Of a stretch of 64,000 bases of DNA, positions 51,614 through 64,000 are shown piece by piece. Positions within the stretch are counted from its first letter, which is position 1. Each line of letters begins with the position of its first letter. Made by a program: the position numbers and the translations under genes. Source of the DNA: Nageia nagi. Taxonomy: Eukaryota; Plantae; Pinophyta. Location of the stretch: assembly GCA_050084985.1 (NCBI GenBank), contig JBITNC010000002.1:11656001-11720000 (forward strand), in the 5' to 3' direction. The notes beneath the pieces were generated by a model. It worked only from the letters and a program-made list of their open reading frames with translations, did not search any database and had not been told where the DNA came from.

Positions 51614-52671
51614 CAGTACTACATTTTAGCGATTTTGTGTCATACAATGCATCGTAAATTGCATTTTGATGCTATGATGCAAGATGCATCATTATTTCTC
51701 ATGTCTACGTCAATCTAGATAAAACCATTTTTTGACTCATTGGTTGATGTATTGGTTGACACATTATGTGATGCATTTATTGACGCATTGCTATTAGAAA
51801 AAAAAAGGTGTGGATCATGCACATGGATCATGGCATGATCTGCTATCGATCGTTGATGCATTCCCTTGATTGATGATGGAGTTTTAATGGAAGGTATGAT
51901 GCCATTAATGAGTAAATAAGGGAGCTTTCCCTTTATAAGAATATTTTTAGGAATATAGGTCTCCATTTTTAGTAATACAAGTTTGCAAGAGTTGAAGACA
52001 AGTTGGAGAATGTAGATAGTAGTGTGTATATGTATTTTATGGTAACAAAATATGTATTGCATGCTTCAACCACCCACGAAGCTTGATAAAGGAGGCCCAC
52101 AAAGTTTGGTGGATGCCCATGAAGTTTTTGATTGTATGCTTATGGAATATGATAATTTCGAGTTACCGAAGATACAACTTTCATCAACAAACATTGAAAC
52201 TATTTCACCAAATGCAATAAACACTAACAGTAGTCCAACCAAATGAATTCACCTTTCCCAGCATCCTCAAAGCATGCACCAAATTGAGAGATTTGTAAAA
52301 GGGTTTATACATACCTTTAAAATAAATTTTTTATCAAATGTTATGGTTGTGAGTATCCTGTTAGACATATATGCAAAATATGGAAGCGTAGAGAAGATAG
52401 ATGAATTGTTTGATGAGATGTAAACCCTCATCCCTATAATGTTGATTCATACTTGTAATTTTGACATTATAAATTATGTATAACACATCATGTATAGCAT
52501 CAATTATTTGATGCTCATCACTTGATATATGATGTAATGAATGATGTAATAAATGATGTTTTGTTTGATAGTACCCTTAGCATCAATTGATGTGTCAATA
52601 TTTCTACAGTTGTAAAAAAGTACTATGGATTGACGCATTGTATGATGCAAAATCACTAAAATGTAGTAGTG
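51614..52671. mobile_element. Non-autonomous CACTA (En/Spm) element carrying a gene fragment (Pack-CACTA)
   Basis: About 40-bp TIRs: CAGTACTACATTTTAGCGATTTTGTGTCATACAATGCATC versus the reverse complement of the right end CACTACTACATTTTAGTGATTTTGCATCATACAATGCGTC. Perfect 3-bp TSD CAA and subterminal TGA(C/T)GCA repeats. Confidence 0.9.
52100..52420 (+). pseudogene. PLS-class pentatricopeptide repeat (PPR) gene fragment
   Basis: SLVDAHEVFDCM; FHQMQ…VQPNEFTFPSILKACTKLRDL.KG; FLSNVMVVSILLDIYAKYGSVEKIDELFDEM. Confidence 0.85.
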
Positions 52672-54414
52672 CAAGGGCACAAATATTTTTAAATAAGGAA
52701 CTAAAAGTAATTTGTGATGGATAAGGTTGTAATATAAAATAATTTTCAAAGTGGCCACCAAATTTAAATGCTAAATCAATATTCAACTTTGTAAAATAAG
52801 TTGGCTTCCCTTCAACATAAGGAAAATATTTTATATTAGAAGCATAATATAATTTTATAAACTTACTAATGAGCTAGCTTACATTCAATGGAAAATAATG
52901 ATTCAAATACATATTTGGTATATATTTACTTCTAAAAAAACTTTAATAAGTCCTACAAATTAATGGGTTTAAAAGGATGTTAAAAGATTAAAATGATGCT
53001 ATAAGGTTTTGAATCTATAAGTAGAAGTCCTCTCTTTATTAACATGGTATGAAGGATGAAAAAGACTTCACATAATGAATAAAATCATATTATCAATTTT
53101 TATTAATTTCTTCTTTCAAATAATTAAGTCCTATATTTTCTTAGCAAAATATTCCAATGAGACATCAAAATGCAACTCATAAAAAAAAACATATAATAAA
53201 TTAAATATTTTGTATCAAAAGAAAATTTAACAATTAAAACTTAAATGCTTAAACTATCATTTTTACTTGAGTCAAACTCTAAACAAAATAACATTATCAA
53301 ACATTTTAATAAATTCAAAAACCTATAATTTTCATTAATTTTTTTCTTCCAAATTCAAAAGTAGAAGTTTTGATCTAAAAATAACTCAAGTCATATCCTT
53401 TTAAATTCACAGAGAGGGTAAAATTAACAAGCTAGTGATAAGTGAGAGAATTAGCACTACTCTAATTCCCAAGGTCCAAGACTATAGAAAGCTCAATCAC
53501 ATTCAACATGCAACATCTACAAGCTACTAACACATTCACATAATATGACACCAATATAATGTGGTTCCTCTCTCCTTGGGAGTACATCCACAACTAGTTC
53601 TCTATTCTCAAGTATGCCCCTCTTACAACAATTCTCTTGCTCTCTCCTACACAACCTAGTAGAGTAATCTTACTCCAAAACTTAGATATGTTTACAAGAG
53701 GAGAGGCCCTCTATTTATAACTTGAGAGCACCTCCCTAACCTCCCTTTAACCCAAGGGTAAGGTTAGGGTTACAATAAATGTGTGACCTAACTTCAACCT
53801 ACCAACTAACCCCGTGGTTAGGTCAAAGTCCACACATAATAAAGAATTCAATTAATCCCTTAAGGTATCTACATATCCTTTAAGTGATTAATTGAACTTA
53901 CAAGGAGTTTAGATATTCACAATATTTCATTACAAATTCTAATTCTCCCCCTTAATGCAATATTGGGATAGAGCGTAGAAGAAAGAAGAGAGAGAGTAAG
54001 AGAGAGTTCTCCTCCATAGAGATACAAGTGGAGATGAGAACATTTACATATTTGAGAATCTTTTTGAGAACTAGTATGAGACTCACTACATTACCATTTG
54101 AAAAAATGGTTTACAATACAATCATTAACCACAACTGGTTTCACTATACATAATAGTCGATCAACTTTAAGCTGACATGTGAGTCTCCATGAGCTTGCTT
54201 TCACAAGGTGAGTAACCTGCATTTCTGAAGATCCTGCATGCTACAAGCAACTCATGAACAAAATTAGTTAGATGCATCATATATTCAAATAAGAGAATTA
54301 AATAATGCTATCTTATAAATAACTGATTAATGGTGCACTATAAGTCATCACGGAGATGCCAAGCCATCACTCATAGTCACCTGTTGTATATAGACATGTG
54401 TTGATTATTAATAG

Positions 54415-54858
54415 AGCATAAAAATTGTACGAGTTTCTCACGTAGAGCAAACTCACCACAGAGGTATAGAATGTACAACAAGTTCGTCACGTAGAGTGAA
54501 CTTACCACAGAGGTATATTAATTATATGCTCAAATATTGTACAACGAGTTTCTCATGTAGAGCAAACTCACCATGGAGGTATAGAGCATAAAAATTGTAC
54601 AACGAGTTTCTCACGCAGAGCAAACTCACCACGGAGGTATAGAATGTACAACAAGTTCATCATGCAAAGCGAACTTACCATGGAGGTATATTAATTATAT
54701 GCTCAAAAATTGTACAACGAGTTTCTCACACAAAGAAAACTCACCACGAAGGTATAAAATGTACAACAAGTTTGTCACGCAGAGCAAACTTACCACGGAG
54801 GTATAAAAATGTACAACAAGTTTGTCACGCAGAGCAAACTTACCACGGAGGTATATCA
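54415..54858. repeat. Tandem array of 8 hairpin-containing 50-61 bp units in the copia 3' UTR
   Basis: Unit TGTACAAC(G/A)AGTTT(C/G)TCACGCAGAGCAAACT(C/T)ACCACGGAGGTATA. Confidence 0.9.
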
Positions 54859-54926
54859 TAATCAACACATGCTATACAACAACAAAAGAGCCTCTTAGAG
54901 GTGAAGTTGTCATCATTAATAAATGT

Positions 54927-57900
54927 TCAAACTTCACTCCCCCTTGAGGGCAACTTCACCAACCCAAGAGAATCCCTAAGCTTGCTGAACTAAGCTTCAG
55001 GAAGAGGCTTGGTGAATAGATCAGCAGAGTTTTCAGTAGATGGACAATACTCCAAGTGTATGATGTCATCTAGAACCTTCTCCCTGATAAAATGGGCTTG
55101 GATTTCCACATGTTTGGTTCTCTGATGGAACACAGGATTCTTAGCCAAAGAGATAGCTGATTGATTGTCTGAAGAAATAAGAGATGGGCCATTTTGCTTA
55201 TACCCAATTTTGTTCAGAAGATGTCTTAGCCAAATAGCTTCTTAGGCGGCAACAAACATGGCTCGATATTCAGCTTCGATGGTAGAAAGAGTCACAGTAG
55301 GTTGCTTCTTGGAAGCCCAAGAGATAGCACCTGAACCAATGCTAAACACATATGCAGAGGTTGATTTTTTATCATCTCTGTCTCCTGCATAATCAGAATC
55401 TAAGAACCCTGAGAGAACAATTAAGGGTACTTTGGAATACTTAAGAGCAAGATCCTTTATCCCTGCCACATACCTCAAGATTTGCTTCATAGCATTGAGG
55501 TGTTCAACATATGGTTTTTGCATGAATCGTGCCATCAAATTCACTGTAAAGGCAATATCAGGACGAGATATAGTCAGATACAGAAGACTACCGATCAATT
55601 GCCTATAAGCTGTAGCATCAGCCAACTGAGAATCTGAGCTCAGTGATACAATGATTCTAGGAGAAATAGATATTACAGCATATCTACACTCCTCCATTCC
55701 AAACTTTTGCAAGATCTCTAATATATACTTAGATTGACTAAGATAAGTACAATCTTTGTGTTGGTATACTTGCATTCCAAGATAGTAATGCAATAGACCT
55801 AGATCAGTCATTTCAAATGTTGCCTTCAGTTTGGATATGCACTCTTGGATGATTTCAATATTGTTTCCTGTTATGAGAAGATCATCCACATAAAGGAGAA
55901 TTAAGACCATGTCTTTTCCTTGATTGAGTACATAGAGATCTGAGTCAAAGAAGCACTTGGAAAAACCAATATCTGCAAAGAATCCTGAAATTTTCTTATA
56001 CCATGCTCTAGGTGCTTGTTTAAGTCCATACAAAGACTTCTTTAGCTTGCACACAAGAGACTATTTTCCTTCTGGAATAAATCCTTCTGGTTGATTCATG
56101 TAGATTTCTACATCCAAGTCACTATTGAGAAATGCACTCTTGACATCAAGTTGGAAAACTTTCCATCCCTGAGCTGTAGAAAGAGTAAGGATTATCCTAA
56201 TAGTAGGCATTTTGGCCACAGGAGCAAAGGTTTCCTCATAATCAATACCATATTTCTGAGCGAATCCTTTGGCCACTAACCTTGCTTTGTATTTTTCAAC
56301 TTCTCCATCAGAATTGTACTTGACCTTGTATATCCATTTATTTCCAATCACATTTTTCTCATTGGGATAAGGAACCAAATCCCAAGTTTCATTTTTCATG
56401 AGTGCCTCATACTCAACTTTCATAGCTTCCATCCAACACTCTTGCTTGGAAGCTTCTTTGAATGTTGATGGCTCATTCATATTATCAATTTTGGCAAATA
56501 AGGATTTATTCAAGGTCATACTTCTTGTAATTCTCTGAGCTGGAGAATTTTGCTCTTGTGGTGACTTCTCTACATGATCATCCAACCAGTTAGGTGCAGG
56601 CATAGAATCTTCTGAATCAGACACCTCAACATGAGAAGTCGTATCCTCAGGAAGTTCATTGAACTTGACATCCCTAGAAACAAAGACTATTTTATGGGAT
56701 GAGGAGTAGAGCCTGTAACCTCTATGCTGATTATCATACCCCACAAGGATGCATTTTTCTGATCTTTTGTCTAACTTCTTTCTTTTCTCTGAGGTAACGA
56801 AGGCAAATGCATCACATCCAAAGACCCTGAAGTGTGAGATGTTAGGTTTCTTTCCTGTCCATGCTTCATATGGAGTTTTTCCTTCAACTACTTTAGTAGG
56901 ACACCTATTTAGGTGTGAATAGCAGTGTGAACAACTTCTCCCCATAAGAAACTAGGAAGGTTACCCAACATGCATCTTGCCATTTCCATAATGGTGTGAT
57001 TCTTTCTTTTAGCAACTCCATTTTGCTAAGGGGTGTATGGGATTGTGAATTACCGCTTGATCCCATGTTTAACACAATAATCGTTAAACTCATTGCTATT
57101 ATACTTACCCCCATTATCAGATCTCAACATTTTGATCTTAAAATCAGTTTAATTTTCAACAAGTGCCTTGAAGTCTTTAAATCGATCAAAAGTTTGATCC
57201 TTGTGCTCAAGTAAATAACCAAATGTCATCCTCCTGAAGTCATCAATGAAGGTCAGAACATAAGAAGCTCCCCCTAGAGAATTAGTCTGAAATGGACCCA
57301 TCAAATCTGAATGCACAAGCTGAAGAGGACGAGTAGCCCGAGTTGCCTTATCCTTTTCAAACTTTTATCTATTCATCTTTCCTAGAATGCACCTTTCACA
57401 AAGACCAATTGTGGGTGAAATATTAGGTAAACCTTCCACAAGTTCTTGATTTTTCATATCTTGAATACTCTTGTGGTTAAGGTGCCCTAATCGTTGATGC
57501 CAAAGATTACCTTTTGAACACACATTTGTAGCAAGACAAATCTTTGAAGGTACTTGATCCACAATATAAAGGTCATTCTTTACTGATCCTTTCATCAAAG
57601 TGGCAAGTCCTTTCTTAACACACCAGGAGTGTGAGGTAAACTCAAATGAGCATCCTGTTCTTGTAATCTGAATTACAGAGATAAGATTCATCCTTAGCTT
57701 AGGCACATAAAATACATTATCAAGCACCTTTCCATGAATCTTCACATTCCCTATTCCTTGAACATCAAGGACTGTATTATCACCTATCACAACTGTATCC
57801 TTGTTGTACTTATGAAAATTTTCAAACTTATCCTTTTCATAACACATGTGATTAGTGCATCCTGAATCAATAATCCAATCATTTGAAATAGTTTAGGTCA

Positions 57901-58822
57901 TTGAGTAGTAGGCAACAGAAGCAGCATGCTTGTTCTTCTTTTTATTATTGAAATTTCTCACATTTGCATTTCCCTTTCCTTTTTGAGCAAATTTCTTTTT
58001 GCGACAATCATACTCTTTGTGCCCAAAGATGCCACAAAAGTTACAATTCCCATCAAACTTTTCCTGCGGTGTTGGTTTGCTTGATCCAGCTTTGTCATTC
58101 CTTTGCTTGAAGTTGTTGTGCTTCCTGATGGTAGATGAGGATTTGTTGTCTTTGAATTTATAATGTTTGAACATCTTCTTGAAAGGAGTTTTGGTTGCTC
58201 CTAGAGCAATGCTATTATCCTTTAGAGAAATGTTCAACATTTTCTTGTTCAAAGTTTCCTCATGCTTCAGAAGGAGTCTAGAAAGATTGTCAAGGGAGAT
58301 AACATCTTCTTCTTCATCGAGCCTAGTCTCCATAACTGTGACAAAGTTACTAAACTTTGTAGAGAGGCTTTGAAGAATAATAAAGACCATGAACTCATCA
58401 TTGATCCAATTGCACCCACAGCCAACCAGTTGTGTCCTGAGGTCAATGATTTTGTTCAAGTAGATTGAGGCACTTTCATCTTCTCCTTTACGATATTGCA
58501 ACAACTTTTGTAGAATGGTGAACCTTCTTGAAAATTTGGATCCAAGGTAAATTTTCTTTAGTCTATCCCAAGCTTCTTTTGCTGATGTCGAGGAAGAAAT
58601 CATGATAAGGATGTCATCTGAAACTGCACGATAGATCATTGAGGTTGCTAACTCATTCTTTGAGTTGTAAATTTCAAGGGCCTTCTCATCTGTAGGAGCA
58701 ACTAGATCTTCATTTACTATCTACCACAGCTTCCTTGCCTGTAACTCAGCTCTCATACGAGGTTCCCATATGCCATAGTTGGAACCATTGAGTATGTGCT
58801 TGGGTATGAAGGTTTCAACCAT
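54927..58822 (-). pseudogene. copia gag-pol with several stops and frameshifts
   Basis: ATG at 58822 (MVETFIPKHILNGSNYGIW). CNFCGIFGHKEYDC, WIIDSGCTNHM, LWHQRLGH, KYKARLVAKGFAQ, LYVDDLLI, ADLFTKPL. Confidence 0.93.
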
Positions 58823-61800
58823 TGTTTATACAAAAAATAAATATGCAATAAGAATGCAAATTTTACAAGTTTCCATCTATACAAATCAAACATAAGTAAA
58901 CATATCCCACATGTGCAAACTTATAACCACAATCCGTAGAGGAATAATGTTGGGGTTATTTTCTTGTGTAGAATTAGGCCTTCACCTAGATGCCCGTAAG
59001 GTGGAGCCCAGGTACTACCAGTCCTCAACCAGTTCACCTTGGTCAATAATATACTCTCACAAGGAGAAGTACCAACTATTTTCCAAGGATCCGATGTATC
59101 TTGGACCGACCATTTTAATTATCTTGATTAAGGTTTTCAGTTTTCCTCCTAGGTTATCAGGATAATCCCTGAATGGACGTGCGAACATGTGGTATCACTA
59201 CACACATGCCTGTCCACCTAATAGAGTTATGTCCAATCCAACAGAGGTCTTAGGGGAAATTAAGACGGACTTACCACCACTCGGTTCTTCGGACTAAAAG
59301 GGCTCCAGTCTGCCCTATCCTCACCTTGTGGCTCCCCAAACAAGTCATGTTGTGGAAGAATACGTGCGGATATGTTCATTTTAGGGGTTACTTTCAATAT
59401 TTGTATTTTTGCAAGTATAAGCAAATTGTGCAAAAATATAAAGTAAAGTAAAATTGCATCATCCACACGAGCTTAAAAAATCTTAAAAAATCCAATGGGT
59501 TTTGTACTAACCCCTAAAGGACTTTTACATTTTGTATATTTTGCTCAATATATTCAAGCACTTAATGAATTAAACAAAAGACCTAAGTCCTACTTAGTAT
59601 TTAATTCATAACATGCATTATTCCATGACTTAAAAAAAATTAAGTAATCATGCATCATGCATTATTTAACTTAAAAATTTAAGTCCTAAGCATGTTTTAT
59701 TCTTCAAACAAGATAAAGATACATGCATCATAAGTCTAGCATGCAAGATCTAGATAAAATTTAAGTAAAAATTATACCAATTCCACCCTTTTTCACTTAA
59801 AGTTTTATCCCTAAAAAAATTGTATGCTAAGACTTGTCTTATAAGTATGCATTTTAAGTAAAAATTTTCCCTTATTTACTTAAAAAAATAGCATGCTTAG
59901 GCTAAATTACTATGCTTAGAAAAAAATGCTAAGAGGTTAGCATTAAAAAATTGCATGTGCACTTTTAGTAATTTAAACATGCAATTTTGAGTAAAATATT
60001 AGAAATATTCTAAGTGCTCCTAAGTCCATTTAGTGGGAGCAATTGACTTGTAAGCAAGTAAGTAAAAAAATTAAATGCCTAAGAAGTATATGTGTGCAAG
60101 TTGTAATAGGAGACCCATACCCCTACTTCATGCAATTTTAATGCTTTGTCTACCTTAAGCACTAAAAAAAAATACTCCTAATTCAAAAAATAATTAAATG
60201 CTTTGTAGTTGTAAAATTATGACCCCCCCTTTTTCTTCCACCAAGAAAAGCATACGTTGCTTTTGGAAGAGCAAAAAATGGAAGTAGTCAACTAAACTAA
60301 CTTAATGCATTTAAGTGCATTAAAGTGACTAAGAAGACTTGCAAGAAGTTGGCAGCCATCAACCTTGACCGTGGAAAGGAGGATGACCTGCATGAAGGCA
60401 TTTAGAGGACATCCTATGGAGGTGATGGTGAAGGAGGAAGAGGAGGAAGACTGCTGCATGTCATGGCTAGCAGGAGGCTGTGGGAGCAGCACGTGAGAGG
60501 GAGAGAAGAGCAGGCGTGAGGTGCAGTTGTGGCGGGTTGCTAGCTGACGAGCACGCACATGAGGGAGCAGGCAGAGGGAGGTGAAGCAATCTAGAGGCCA
60601 CCGGTTGAGAGGAGGCAGTCAACGTTTCTCCCTTTTTTTTTGTGTATATCCTGCGAACATTGCAAGCCATGAAACACGGAGAAGGAGGCTGCGGGGGGGA
60701 GTGCGATCTGCACCGCTTGGACCATTTGACGTTTTTGTTGTGTATAATATGTTGGAGCCTAAGAATGGATATTTACGCATAGCATTCATGAATCTCAATA
60801 TTGTTTATGACTATTTGCATCAAAGAAATGACATCCTTTTATAGAAGTTAATGTGTGCCATCCAATTGATGTATGAAGGCTGACAACGGCTAAAGTTCAC
60901 GTGTGTAGTTGATGAAGAAATGGTAAACCTAGATGCTCAAACACCGCTGATTTGTGTTGTGGCGGAGGTGGACTGGAATGCAAGCAAAGGCTACTTTTGG
61001 TATAGGCTATACACGATTCATTGCAAGCTACAAGCCTCTTTTTCAACGTATCCATTTTGTGCATTTCCTACGATCATTGCATTGAAAGAACTGTATCTCG
61101 ATGAGGTATTTTGTCAAACAACGCACGTACCTTCCCACCTGCAGAGGAGAGGAGGAGAGGTCACGGTATTGCAGTCCATGAAACATTGTTTCAACGTGAA
61201 GTTTTAGCGCGCATTTTGTCAAACAGTTCATTTCCATAGTTTGCATCCATGCATGCGAGGGAGGAGGAGATGAAGAAACTAGAAGGGAATATGCAAAGTT
61301 TGTTCCTATCAGGAGAAATTATGGTTTCAAATGAAGAATCACGAATTTGTCTGAACCCTTGAATTTAAATTCAATATTTCTCATATGAGATGAGGCATTT
61401 TGTCAAACATATTACAGACCCTATTTTATTTTGTCCCCCCCCCCAAAATTTTATAATTTTTGAAAAATATATTGTAAATATTTCAAAAAACTTGTAAAGT
61501 CTTCCACTTTTTTTATTTCAACAATAAAAAAAATGAGAGAGGGCAAATATCCCCATATTTGCTTTAAATTTTAAACAATTGCCTCTAGAAATTATGTAAA
61601 TATTTCAAAAACTTGTAAATAAAGTCCTCCACTTTATTTCAACAATAAAATATGTAAAAAATTGCACCTTCCTCTTTTTTTTGATATTTTTCACAAAAGA
61701 CTATTGTAAAAAAAAACTTTTCAATAAGATGCTATCATAATATATTTTTGCTCACAAAAAAGGCATTTTCTTTGTACATTAAAAATAGATTACTAACATA

Positions 61801-62557
61801 AAATATTGTTAGTAAGAAGAGAGTAGCAAAAATATATTATGGTATTTGAAGTTATTTTTGCTAAGACATTGAGCTAGCATAATCATACAAAAAATTAGTA
61901 TCATAATGAACTTAGTTAAAGAAGGATAGAAGGTTATACCTTTGCAAACCTTTTACCTCACAATGAAGATTAGGATTAAGATCTCCAAGTTTGAGAAGGA
62001 TGAAGAACCTCCAAGATGTAGAAGAAGAGCTTCCACACCAAGCTCTGATACCAATTGAGAGAATTAGCACTACTCTAATTCCCAAGGTCCAAGACTATAG
62101 AAAGCTCAATCACATTCAACATGCAACATCTACAAGCTACTAACACATTCACACAATATGACACCAATATAATGTGGTTCCTCCCTCCTTGGGAGTACAT
62201 CCACAACTAGTTCTCTATTCTCAAGTATGCCCCTCTTACAATAATTCTCTTGCTCTCTCCTACACAACCTAGTAGAGTAATCTTACTCCAAAACTTAGAT
62301 ATGTTTACAAGAGGAGAGGCCCTCTATTTATAGCTTGAGAGCACCTCCCTAACCTCCCTTTAACCTAAGGGTAAGGTTAGGGTTACAATAAATGTGTGAC
62401 CTAACTTTAACCTACCAACTAACCCCATGGTTAGGTCAAAGTCCACACATAATAAAGAATTCAATTAATCCCTTAAGGTATCTACATATCCTTTAAGTGA
62501 TTAATTGAACTTACAAGGAGTTTAGATATTCACAATATTTCATTACAAATTCTAACA

Positions 62558-64000
62558 ATAAGGAAAAAAAATCAAAAAATACTTGGGAGAATCCAAGAAC
62601 TGAAGAAGTATGCGATTGGGGTAGAAAGAACAAGCCTACCAAAACCTTAGGATGAGGTAACTCAAGCCCTTATGAGGAATGTCACTCTTGAAGGGAGACA
62701 CAAAGTGTTACTAGCCTATCACTTTAGTCTCTTGAACAATGTTTTATTCCCAGAGACTAATAGAGATAATTTTCCCTCTTTCAATCTCAAATTCAATGAT
62801 TATATCAATGAGGAGATTCAAGAAAAATCTAGCTAAAACCACTCTTCATGAATTAGTTATTAAATTAGTGTATGATATGGCTCTAGAAAATCAACCAAGA
62901 CAACACCCAAGGATTAGGATTATTGTTGGAGGAAAAATATTTGATACAAGGGAACCTCTAAAACCTAAGGTGATGATTGGAGATGAGGATAAGAAAATCT
63001 TGTTGGCTAAGGTAATGCAAACTAGAAGCAATCAGAAGAAAAAAGAAGCAATGGATGGGGAGATGAACGATAAATAAAATAAAATAGGTCAAGAGGAAAT
63101 AACAATAATGAATAAGAGGAAAAGGAAAATTGAGGAGCTAGAGTAGTGATAAATAAGACAAAACTCAAAGGATCAAAATGAAGCAAAAGTAAGCAAGAAC
63201 AAGGCACCAAAGAATGTGGAAACAAAATAAGGGGATAAGAAACACACAAGATTAGTGAGCATACCATCTACAACATCCACCTTATTGGATATCAATATAT
63301 CCTGGGGTAAAAAAGGAAATAAAACACATGAAGAAAAGGAAATGGTAAAAGTAATTAAAGAGGTAATACATGACAAGAAGGAAGCAAGTAAAAAGGAAGT
63401 AGCTAGGTAAAGTAGAACACTTGGTCTCAACAAGGATAAGAAATAAAATGGAGAAAGAGAAAAACACATTGCGGAAGCTACAACATCAACAGGTAGTAAA
63501 GTCATCAAGGAGGTATATGATAAATTTGACATACAATAAAGACCAACAAGCCTCTATAATAAATTAGAACGAAGAAAAATAACATAAATATATGGAGGTA
63601 TAACTAGAGATTTCCAAATGAAAAAAGGGGAAGAAAAGAGAAAAACAAAGCATACCAAGTAAACAAAGAACATCACAAATCGAGTTATAGGAGAGGCCCA
63701 TAAATGAGGGGTAACTAGAAACAAGGAATAAGGAAATGCAAGAAAGCAAGATAAAACACAACCCAAGCAAAGGATATCCCAAGGAAAAGCAAAAATAATA
63801 GAGAGCAAGAAGGATATTGATTATGACATGGATAGTAATTTGTAAACTATTGATTTGGATATAATTGTCCCTCCTAATGCATACCAGATAAAGACATGAG
63901 ATAAAAACATGAAGGAAAAAGAAGAGGAAAAAAATAAGAACAATGAAGGAAATGAAGATTAATTGGACAAGTTAGAGGTGATTTTATTTCCAATGGAGAG
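62558..64000 (+). pseudogene. Highly degenerate Lys/Glu-rich ORF, possibly a retroelement accessory ORF like 1797-4059
   Basis: Purine-rich coding-like strand bias. The start KILGRIQELKK resembles SKLRKIRELQL at about 1810. Continues from about 53410 across the copia TSD. Confidence 0.3.

Larger units (their letters stand above)
53443..62557 (-). mobile_element. Full-length Ty1/copia retrotransposon with a 3.2-kb leader and 1-kb 3' UTR
   Basis: 502-bp LTRs 53443-53944 and 62056-62557 with about 9 differences, TSD ATAAG, PBS 62041-62053 (tRNA-Met), PPT 53945-53954. Confidence 0.97.

Noticed and set aside
53941-53944. Non-canonical LTR terminus (AATT instead of AACA)
   Set aside because: The partner LTR and the sister element have the canonical end, so two post-insertion substitutions explain it.
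54415-54858. CRISPR array
   Set aside because: Contiguous tandem units without unique spacers, inside a copia 3' UTR.

Overview
AT-rich plant nuclear DNA, most likely gymnosperm (inferred from the retroelement types and the giant TE-filled introns). One host gene is visible: a minus-strand REM-type B3-domain transcription factor with four reconstructable exons (21861-21715, 10777-10300, 10139-10068, 9972-9740). Its first intron is 10.9 kb, and the next exon probably lies left of the window. Nearly everything else is nested transposable elements: three related chromovirus-type Ty3/gypsy elements, two structurally complete Ty1/copia elements with TSDs, several copia, Tat-like and gypsy remnants, LINE fragments, a SINE, and a 1.06-kb CACTA element carrying a PPR gene fragment. 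The most unusual signals are: (i) an array of inverted TGGTCGCA/TGCGACCA octamer pairs with an invariant 38-nt spacer next to a retroelement accessory ORF; (ii) two gypsy elements whose pol is replaced by kilobases of non-repetitive, sense-strand ORF-rich filler; (iii) an intact acidic ORF with SIM-like and EAR-like motifs upstream of gag in a copia with near-identical LTRs but a broken pol; (iv) a Pack-CACTA. All counts and alignments were done by eye and no database search was possible.
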